IMG/VR virus record: IMGVR_UViG_3300031134_000001
Span: 128,001-192,000 of that record
Strand: one strand, 5' to 3'
Length of the DNA stretch: 64,000 bases
Source of the DNA: a virus
Taxonomy: Duplodnaviria; Caudoviricetes
The position numbers and the translations under genes were made by a program. Below the pieces are notes generated by a model. That model searched no databases, was not told where the DNA came from, and worked only from the letters and a program-made list of their open reading frames with translations. Of this stretch, positions 47,186 to 54,602 are shown piece by piece (within the stretch, counting starts at the first letter, position 1; each line of letters begins with the position of its first letter).

Positions 47186-47477
47186 ATTCTTCCTGACGCT
47201 GGGCTTTCTGATCGCCTATGCCGTAGGCTTCTTCTGCTACGAGCTCTGGCTGTTCAACCTCGTGACGTGGTGGTGGACAGAACTGATGCGCTATCGCGAG
47301 ATCTTCACCATGTTCCAAGCGCTCGTTAACTTCGGCTGGGTGGCTGGTACTACAATCATGATGGTGCCGCTATTTGCCTGGGCGCCGGTGTGGTTGTTTA
47401 AAGAGCTGATGGAGATCTACCGCCAGTACCACTTCGATAAACCTTACGAAGCCAAACCGTACGTCTCTTACCGATAA
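47169..47477 (+). CDS. membrane protein (102 aa)
   Basis: SD aagga; hydrophobic. Confidence 0.65.
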   Translation: MHPELKFFLTLGFLIAYAVGFFCYELWLFNLVTWWWTELMRYREIFTMFQALVNFGWVAGTTIMMVPLFAWAPVWLFKELMEIYRQYHFDKPYEAKPYVSYR

Positions 47478-47557
47478 ATTTTATGCATCGCTAAGTCATT
47501 GGAGACTCAAAACATCGAGTCTCTTTTCTTTATCTTTTTATCAACGAGGTTAATGAG

Positions 47558-47767
47558 ATGTACTTTCGCATTCAACAAAGCTTGATGTTAAGTGGTTACC
47601 TCGGACTGCTGTTCTCGGTCTTTGGTCCATGGCCGATCGTTACCCCACACTGGGTGCGGGAAGCTTCAGCACTCTTCTTTGGCATCATCATGATTTCTGG
47701 CGTGATCATGGCCGTCATTACCGAGCATCGCTACGAGCGTGCTCAACGAAAAGCCTCCCGCCGATAG
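47558..47767 (+). CDS. membrane protein (69 aa, 2 TM)
   Basis: SD gaggt. Confidence 0.6.
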   Translation: MYFRIQQSLMLSGYLGLLFSVFGPWPIVTPHWVREASALFFGIIMISGVIMAVITEHRYERAQRKASRR

Positions 47768-47779
47768 CGGGGGGTTTTT
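47751..47779 (+). terminator. Rho-independent terminator
   Basis: gcctcccgc-cgata-gcgggggg followed by T5. Confidence 0.7.
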
Positions 47780-47892
47780 ATACCTCTTCTTTTTTTTTGG
47801 TTGAATGGGGCTTTCGTTACCGTTTGATATGAGTCAACCAACTCATCCAAACATTATCATTCAGATTAAAAAGTATTACGAAGAGGAAAGTT

Positions 47893-48057
47893 ATGTGCAG
47901 ATTTTTAATTATGTCACTAATCGCTGTGTTGGTGATATTAGGTGTTGTGTTTTTTGTTGTCACTGCGTTAGCAACTGTTGTCGGTGTCCTGGCATGGATC
48001 GTCGGTTATGTGGCTTGGTCGTACGCTGCTGACGTTTCTCTACGTTTGAAAGACTGA
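47893..48057 (+). CDS. small membrane protein (54 aa), below the ORF-track cutoff
   Basis: SD gagga. MCRFLIMSLIAVLVILGVVFFVVTALATVVGVLAWIVGYVAW... Confidence 0.55.
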   Translation: MCRFLIMSLIAVLVILGVVFFVVTALATVVGVLAWIVGYVAWSYAADVSLRLKD

Positions 48058-48058
48058 C

Positions 48059-48679
48059 ATGGGACATCTTGTTAAAGTGGACGGCATTGAACTCAATGCC
48101 ACAGTACGCGCTCAATCGTTGGAGTGCGACGAATGCAATGATCAGTACAACGGCGGGAACGGCGAAGACAAAGCTGGCCCTATCAAGCCGAATGGCTACC
48201 GTAGTATCACACCTACCGATCTAATCTGGGACGCGAAGCGCTTAGGGTGGACGGGGCTGGAGAAGTACGAGACGCCCCCGCAAGGTAAAGCGCCGCCAGA
48301 CTTGTGTCCTGTGTGTTCTGCCATGAAACGAGCACCATACTGGCCAACACTGGTGCATGAACCGATAGGCTCCCTGATCATCGCTTATCAGCCTACCGGT
48401 CCCCTGGTGCAGCGCCACGTTCTGGTGGCTCCTCTGGAGCGTCGCAAGATCGGTGTGGGTGTGCATAATTGGCCTGGCCGTAGTCGGGTCATTCAAGCGC
48501 CTGCAATTATCGATGTCAAGATCGTTGCGCAAGAAATGGGACCACTGGAGATTGACTTTCTCAACATCGTCCGCTGGCCTGGTCACAAAACACAACCGCC
48601 CTTCAAAGCAAAGTCTCCCACCATCCGCCTGTGGTCCTGGGGTGATGGCAAAGTGTACGCCAAAGAAGTTTCTCATTAA
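48059..48679 (+). CDS. hypothetical zinc-binding protein (206 aa)
   Basis: CDEC ... CPVC. Confidence 0.65.
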   Translation: MGHLVKVDGIELNATVRAQSLECDECNDQYNGGNGEDKAGPIKPNGYRSITPTDLIWDAKRLGWTGLEKYETPPQGKAPPDLCPVCSAMKRAPYWPTLVHEPIGSLIIAYQPTGPLVQRHVLVAPLERRKIGVGVHNWPGRSRVIQAPAIIDVKIVAQEMGPLEIDFLNIVRWPGHKTQPPFKAKSPTIRLWSWGDGKVYAKEVSH

Positions 48680-48702
48680 CGCACCATAACCAAATAAGAA
48701 CC

Positions 48703-49677
48703 ATGTCCAAAGAGAAATTCCCTACCAGCACCGAACACCCAAATGTTTGCCTGTGGCATGCGAACTGCATGGACGGTCAGATTGCCGCAGCATTGATGTA
48801 TCGTTTCTTTCGCGGTAAGATCGAATGCGTACCAGTGCGCTACAACGAACCACCACCGCTTGAACTAATGCGCGGTAAGCACGTCTATCTGGTGGACTTC
48901 ACGTACCCAGTGGATGTGCTGTTACCTCATCTCGATTCGATGGCATCGCTTAACATCCTCGACCATCATCAAGACGCCATGGCGGACTGGCAGCGTCTTT
49001 GGGCAACTGCCGATAGCCCATCCGAGGTAAATCTGGAAAAGTTGTACGTCAAGTTTGACATTACTAAGTCAGGCGCGATGCTGGTGTGGGATTTCACCTT
49101 TGGCGTGGGCGGCGATCATCCTTTGGCGCTTACCGTACCAAAACTTGTGCGTTATGCACAAGCGTACGATCTGTGGACCAAAGAACTCCACATGACCGAC
49201 GAAGTGCAAAGCGCGCTGCGTTACAACTACCCGCCACATTTGGCCAAGCTCGATGAGCTGGCTAGCTTCCTGCTTCTGGCCAACGAAGCGGACATCGAAG
49301 AACTGAAAGACACCGGCAAGATTATTCTGGATCAAGAGCGCGTTCTGGCTGAGTCATTGATTCGCCGCTCGCTTCGATTCGAGACGTTCTTGGGTTACGA
49401 GAACGTCGCTGTGTGTCAGATGCCGGCTGAACTGGTTAACCAGGCAGGTGAGATGATTTACACTCGCCATCCTGAAGTACCGTTTGTGGTGCTGTTCGAG
49501 GACAACTACAAATACCAAAGCCGCAAGTACTCGTTCCGCAGCCATCGCGATCTGGGGATGAACGTATCCAAAGTCGCCGCGATGTTGGGCGGTAAAGGTC
49601 ACAAGAATTCGGCAGGCGCCACGGTTAACCTCGCGCTTGTCTTCGAAGCTGAAGCAATGTTCGACATCGTCGAATAA
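48703..49677 (+). CDS. DHH-family phosphoesterase
   Basis: HANCMDG, LVDF, ILDHH and a DHHA1-like GGKGHKNSAG. Confidence 0.8.
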   Translation: MSKEKFPTSTEHPNVCLWHANCMDGQIAAALMYRFFRGKIECVPVRYNEPPPLELMRGKHVYLVDFTYPVDVLLPHLDSMASLNILDHHQDAMADWQRLWATADSPSEVNLEKLYVKFDITKSGAMLVWDFTFGVGGDHPLALTVPKLVRYAQAYDLWTKELHMTDEVQSALRYNYPPHLAKLDELASFLLLANEADIEELKDTGKIILDQERVLAESLIRRSLRFETFLGYENVAVCQMPAELVNQAGEMIYTRHPEVPFVVLFEDNYKYQSRKYSFRSHRDLGMNVSKVAAMLGGKGHKNSAGATVNLALVFEAEAMFDIVE

Positions 49678-49703
49678 CGACAAAGATAAAAAAGGAAAAC
49701 AGC

Positions 49704-51083
49704 ATGAGCCTGCACCATATCACCCAAGAAACCAAACGCTTGCCACAGTTTATCTTGGCGATCGACGCCGAGTATTACTACAACCTGGCCCCCAACTTCG
49801 TCAACAGCATCAACGAGTTCCCGGCGGACTCGTTTTGCCGTAACGCGCAAAGCTATCTGGCGATTCGTGAACGCGAGTACTTGGATGAGTCGACTTCGTT
49901 CACCCAACGCGATCTGGTCGGCGGTTGGACCATGAATGCCAAGGGCGAAAAGAAGAAGGGCGATCCTCGCTACAAACAACTGCTGCCGTACCTGGTCGCC
50001 CGTCAACTGCAGGAAGACGGCACGTACCTGTACTTCCCGTACCGCCGCACCAAGAAGGTCGGCGAGTCGCGCCTGGCTGGTAATGGCTCGCTCGGCTACG
50101 GCGGGCACATCGATCTGGAAGACATCGTCTCGACCAAGTCGATCATCGACCTGGGTGCTACCATTCTGAAGTCGGCTGAGCGTGAAGCAGTCGAAGAGTT
50201 CACCTTGCGCCACACCTTCTTTGGTGAACAAAAAGTCACTCTGGGCATGTACCGCGACAACATCTCGTTCGGCAACCTGTTCATCGTCGACAACAGCAAC
50301 GAAGTCGGCGAACTGCACCTGGGTATCATCATGTACTTCGACGTTCCGCTGGGCTGGACCCTCGAAGCGTCGGAAGACGAACTGGCGAAGCTGCCGCCGA
50401 TGACTGCCCAGCAGATGCTGACGGACCCATCGTTCAACGGCGAGAACTGGACCATGCTCTACCTTAACCACATCGCCGGCGGCGCCGACGTCGAGATGGA
50501 CGACTCCGGCTGCGAAGTCGAACAACTGAGCGACCTGTGCGAAGACGACATCCCAGGTAGCGAAGGCAATGGCGAAGGTGGCGATGTGGCACCGCTCTTC
50601 AATTATACCAGCACCGAAATCAAAGAACTGCCGATCTATATTGTCCCTCGTATCAATCCGTCCGAGTTCACTCATCTGGACCAGTACACCGCAATGACTG
50701 AACGTCCTCAATCGATTGAACAAAATTCGACCCTGTCGATCGACCACGGCGGCGAGAAAGTCGGCGAAGCCGATGCTCAGTTCGTGCGAGATGAAATCGC
50801 CAAGCGTGACAACCGTATTCCACAGACCGAGAAAGAAGCTCTCAATTTCGGCCGTGGCGGCGCTTACGCTCCTGAAGGAACACCTGAAGCTCTGGCTAAA
50901 CTGCAAAACGCATCGGCGACCTCGGCCAACAGTCACAAGACTGACGCCGCCACGGCGCCGCGCTATATCAGCGAAAACTTCAAGGCCACCATTAACGGTG
51001 TGGATATTCCGCTGGAAGTAACTGAGCAAGAAGAAGAACACTTCAAGTTCATGGCCGCGTCCGTCGGAGCGCCTCGTGTCTAA
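49704..51083 (+). CDS. Nudix-like hydrolase with an acidic C-terminal extension
   Basis: YKQLLPY, YRR...GESRL....SLGYGGHID, REAVEE, EVG.LHLG. Confidence 0.65.
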   Translation: MSLHHITQETKRLPQFILAIDAEYYYNLAPNFVNSINEFPADSFCRNAQSYLAIREREYLDESTSFTQRDLVGGWTMNAKGEKKKGDPRYKQLLPYLVARQLQEDGTYLYFPYRRTKKVGESRLAGNGSLGYGGHIDLEDIVSTKSIIDLGATILKSAEREAVEEFTLRHTFFGEQKVTLGMYRDNISFGNLFIVDNSNEVGELHLGIIMYFDVPLGWTLEASEDELAKLPPMTAQQMLTDPSFNGENWTMLYLNHIAGGADVEMDDSGCEVEQLSDLCEDDIPGSEGNGEGGDVAPLFNYTSTEIKELPIYIVPRINPSEFTHLDQYTAMTERPQSIEQNSTLSIDHGGEKVGEADAQFVRDEIAKRDNRIPQTEKEALNFGRGGAYAPEGTPEALAKLQNASATSANSHKTDAATAPRYISENFKATINGVDIPLEVTEQEEEHFKFMAASVGAPRV

Positions 51084-51136
51084 CCGGGCTGAAACGGCCC
51101 CAGGACCACAATCGTCGCCGGAACCTACCGACTATC

Positions 51137-51406
51137 ATGTCGGGGAGATTCGGCGGCGTGTGGACGCGCCTGTCAAGCCGACTGTGGAGAAACCACGTGA
51201 ACAAACCCCGTAAACGACGGGTCGTCAAGAAAGTTAAACAAGACGGCCCGTTCTCCAATAAACTGTTAACCTTGGCCCGCAACACTGTCGCTAAGGTTAA
51301 AGCTGGCACCATGACACGTGACGCCGCTCAGAAGCTGTTAACTGAAAGCGGCATGCCGGTACTTAAGATCGAAGGGTGGGTTGATCCTCATGCTCCTCAT
51401 GCGTGA
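51137..51406 (+). CDS. basic hypothetical protein
   Basis: ORF in operon. Confidence 0.5.
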   Translation: MSGRFGGVWTRLSSRLWRNHVNKPRKRRVVKKVKQDGPFSNKLLTLARNTVAKVKAGTMTRDAAQKLLTESGMPVLKIEGWVDPHAPHA

Positions 51407-51710
51407 AGCGCTTATCGAAAAAGCTGCAGCAGTAACCGCCGAAGTTTTCTACGACTTGCATCAAGGGCGTGGGGATACTTCGCTGGTCGAAGTCGACGGC
51501 GAGAAGGTAATTCGTCCTTATCTGCCGCTCATGGTCGATCCAATCGGGGAGGGTCTGGAGTTTCGCAATACGGAAATCACGGACCCGCAGAGCAAGAAGT
51601 CTTTCAATCTCACACCGACCGAGAAGAAATACCTCGACGAACGTGTGGATAAACTTCTGGCCAAGAAGGTGCGCGAAGCAATCACCTCAATGAAGAAGCA
51701 AGATGGCTGA
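51399..51710 (+). CDS. hypothetical protein (start 51390 or 51399)
   Basis: Overlaps the previous stop. Confidence 0.6.
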   Translation: MREALIEKAAAVTAEVFYDLHQGRGDTSLVEVDGEKVIRPYLPLMVDPIGEGLEFRNTEITDPQSKKSFNLTPTEKKYLDERVDKLLAKKVREAITSMKKQDG

Positions 51711-51918
51711 TACTTCCGAAGCGCTCTTTCAAGAAGCCAAAAACTTGATTGAGCGCGCTCACGTGATCGGCGTGGTGATTAACTTATCCATGCCATCGGC
51801 CAAGCAAAAGCAAACCTTCGGCACGACTGACGCTGTCGTCGTTGCTCCTGACACCCACGGGTCGGGGAAGACGTTGTTCTACCCGACCCCTAGCCGAACC
51901 GGACAGAAATTCTTATGA
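51703..51918 (+). CDS. hypothetical protein (71 aa)
   Basis: Coupled start/stop. Confidence 0.55.
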   Translation: MADTSEALFQEAKNLIERAHVIGVVINLSMPSAKQKQTFGTTDAVVVAPDTHGSGKTLFYPTPSRTGQKFL

Positions 51919-52274
51919 AAACCATCGAAGTATCTACCACCAACGATACGCTGCGCTTGGCGTATTACGCAGAGCGTTTGCAATCGCTTGTGCAAAGCGC
52001 TCGCTCCGAAGGCATCGAGCTGTCGATCCCTAGCTACGAGCCGCAAGAAGCTTTGGCTAAAGTGCGTAAATCGCAGCACTACGCCAAACACGACGTTGTG
52101 CTCGCCCTGCCAGCCGTCTTCAATCACGAGTTCCTGGGGCAGCCCAGCTACGTGACGGCGAGTGCCATTCTCGATGGCCGCCCGATGAGCGATCAAGAAA
52201 GCAGCCGTATCGTTCAATCGACGCGTGCGTCGTCGGACGCTTACAGCGAGCCAGACCAGCCAACCAAAACATAA
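51915..52274 (+). CDS. hypothetical protein (119 aa)
   Basis: ATGA coupling. Confidence 0.6.
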   Translation: MKTIEVSTTNDTLRLAYYAERLQSLVQSARSEGIELSIPSYEPQEALAKVRKSQHYAKHDVVLALPAVFNHEFLGQPSYVTASAILDGRPMSDQESSRIVQSTRASSDAYSEPDQPTKT

Positions 52275-52295
52275 CCCACCCCAGAAAACAACAAA

Positions 52296-52880
52296 ATGGA
52301 ATACGACAAACCTCACGGCGCTACTGCGCTGATTCCGGTGCTGCGTCCTGAAAGCGCACAACACTTCGTCGACCCTAGCGACGTCGAGCCACAAGCCATC
52401 AACGACAACCTGAGTACGTCAGCGCTGCGCGTTGGTGTTCGCCTCGATCTTCTGGGTATCAGCAATACCAACGAATCGTTTGGCGCGGACGGCATCGATC
52501 CAGCCATCACCCTGGCCAAGATCTACTACCGCACCAAAAGCGGCGCCGTCCACGAAGTCGATGTGAGCGACATGCCATACAACGCCTTCGTGCCTGCGTA
52601 CCAAGGGAACTACCGCGATGTGACGGTGAACATGTCGCTGGAAGTAAGCATGCTGGGCGAACCTACCACATGGCTCGGTAAGCTGGGCAAGAAGATCGCC
52701 ATGTGGATCGACGGCGACCCTAAGGTGATGTTGCGTTTTACCGGCAACGCCAACCTGCCAATGGGTACGATCCAAGTCGACGCCGTCTCGGACCATCCGG
52801 ACGTAACGCCAATCGGTTATACGGTGTCGGCTTACCGCATCAACATGAGTCGTGTTGGTCGCAGCTGCCCTGCCATGTAA
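52296..52880 (+). CDS. stand-alone protein resembling an internal segment of the phiKZ-like major capsid protein
   Basis: LDLLGIS, D.IDPAITL..IYY, QGNYR, GNANL, GY...AYR.N..R. Confidence 0.55.
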   Translation: MEYDKPHGATALIPVLRPESAQHFVDPSDVEPQAINDNLSTSALRVGVRLDLLGISNTNESFGADGIDPAITLAKIYYRTKSGAVHEVDVSDMPYNAFVPAYQGNYRDVTVNMSLEVSMLGEPTTWLGKLGKKIAMWIDGDPKVMLRFTGNANLPMGTIQVDAVSDHPDVTPIGYTVSAYRINMSRVGRSCPAM

Positions 52881-52901
52881 GACAAAAGAGAAACACAAAA
52901 A

Positions 52902-52934
52902 TACCTAGACCTCCTATCATGGGAGGTCTAGGTA
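52902..52934 (+). terminator. intergenic hairpin
   Basis: tacctagacctcct-atcat-gggaggtctaggta. Confidence 0.65.
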
Positions 52935-52941
52935 GTATGTC

Positions 52942-52971
52942 GTTCTAAAGAAATGAAAGGCTATATCACTT
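52942..52971 (+). promoter_or_regulatory. phage promoter candidate GTTCTAAA-N12-TATATCACTT
   Basis: Matches 27768 in sequence and spacing. Confidence 0.55.
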
Positions 52972-53013
52972 AGCTGAAGTTGTTCCCCTAATAACTAACA
53001 AGGAAAAGCAGTA

Positions 53014-54102
53014 ATGAAAAACATCACGCTCGAATACCTGTTCAACATGCTGGCCAGTCGCACTGGCGGCATCCGTTGGGATGACACTGTTGAAATCTCA
53101 CGGTTGGAAGAAGGTAAGTCGTCGAACAGTCTGTCCGCTGAATGTTATTCCAAAGATTCGGAAGAAACCATTGCTAAAGTTTTGCAGTATTTGCATAGCC
53201 GGCACTACATCACAAAACAAGACAACATGCAAGCCCTTCGTAGCATCAAGGGTTTTCGAATGCTGCCCGAAGAAAAATGCATCAACACATACGTCTCGGT
53301 TAGTACAGGTTCAATGTACGATAATGAGGTTAACATTCATATCACGGGTGACCCGCAAGAATGTGATATCGTGATGGTGTGGTTCAAAGAAAACTTCAAG
53401 CAACTCGGTTCAACCGTCCGAACTGCGATCGGACTTAATCGCAATGGCGGTATCGACTACGACAGCGCTTTCATGCATCCTGATAAAGTGCGTCTGTCGC
53501 GCCAAAGCTTCTACCCATGGTTGTCGGTGCCTATCGAAGAATACGCCAAGGCGTATATGGCTGCCGAAGAATCGGTTCTGGTGATGTTCGGACCGCCGGG
53601 CACACTCAAGAGTACGTTCCTGCGCACGTTGATCGCCTACAGCGGCACTGACGCTGTCCTCGCATTCAACGAAGGTGTGATCCAATCACCAGAGCTGTTG
53701 CGTTCGTACTTCAACTTGAATCGTACCAACATCTTGGCGTACGAAGACATCGACCGCCATCTCGGCCATCGTTCGGACGATAACCCAATGATGTCGTCGT
53801 TACTTAACGCTGCCGACGGGGTAGTGCAGCGCATCGGTAAGAAGTTGATCTTCGTGACCAATCTCCCCAACGTTGATCGCATCGATGAAGCGCTGCTCCG
53901 CCAAGGTCGTTGCTACGACATTCTCGACTTCCGTCTTCTGACGCGGGACGAAGCTGCTGCCATTCGTGTCGACATGAAGTTGCCCCCCATGGACTTTAGC
54001 AGTAAAGAGAAGTGGTCGGGCGCGGAAGCGTTGTCCACTCACGATGTTCATCGCCAGCGCGTGAACCGCTTCGGTAACAAGCTCGGCTTTACCAACAGCT
54101 AA
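53014..54102 (+). CDS. AAA+ ATPase 3 with an atypical Walker A
   Basis: GPPGTLKS, AYEDID, FVTN, DEALLRQGR. Confidence 0.8.
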   Translation: MKNITLEYLFNMLASRTGGIRWDDTVEISRLEEGKSSNSLSAECYSKDSEETIAKVLQYLHSRHYITKQDNMQALRSIKGFRMLPEEKCINTYVSVSTGSMYDNEVNIHITGDPQECDIVMVWFKENFKQLGSTVRTAIGLNRNGGIDYDSAFMHPDKVRLSRQSFYPWLSVPIEEYAKAYMAAEESVLVMFGPPGTLKSTFLRTLIAYSGTDAVLAFNEGVIQSPELLRSYFNLNRTNILAYEDIDRHLGHRSDDNPMMSSLLNAADGVVQRIGKKLIFVTNLPNVDRIDEALLRQGRCYDILDFRLLTRDEAAAIRVDMKLPPMDFSSKEKWSGAEALSTHDVHRQRVNRFGNKLGFTNS

Positions 54103-54115
54103 CAAGGATTCTATC

Positions 54116-54541
54116 ATGAGTGTAGTGCAGGTTAAAACGATGTGGGAGCTGGACGATTCAGTAGGATATCCAGCCTACCAAGGCGTGATCGATATTTTGC
54201 AAAACCATCCAGAGATCCAGGCTGACACTGCGGTCTCCGGTTCCTGGCACCGCGTCAAGCAGATTGAATTTAACGACACTGGCGTTAGCATTTCTTACAG
54301 CAACCCAAATGCCAGGGCGCCACTCGACCTCTGTCTTAAAATCCATCTTGGGCATGTGAGCAAGCCGTTGAAAAACAACAAGGAGCTCAACGACGCTGTT
54401 CGTCAAAAGCTGATCGACATCCTGGCTAACGGCGGCACCATTCGCAAATACCGCAACACCATCGTCGGGGCTGACGTCATCACGATCGAACGCTTCAATC
54501 CCACGAGCGATCGCGCTACGCTGTACTTCGAAAACAAATAA
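54116..54541 (+). CDS. hypothetical protein (141 aa)
   Basis: SD aagga. Confidence 0.65.
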   Translation: MSVVQVKTMWELDDSVGYPAYQGVIDILQNHPEIQADTAVSGSWHRVKQIEFNDTGVSISYSNPNARAPLDLCLKIHLGHVSKPLKNNKELNDAVRQKLIDILANGGTIRKYRNTIVGADVITIERFNPTSDRATLYFENK

Positions 54542-54602
54542 CCAAGTCTGTAATTCCATTAACCGTTTTACCCTCTAATTAACAACTAAAAGGAAATACA
54601 TC

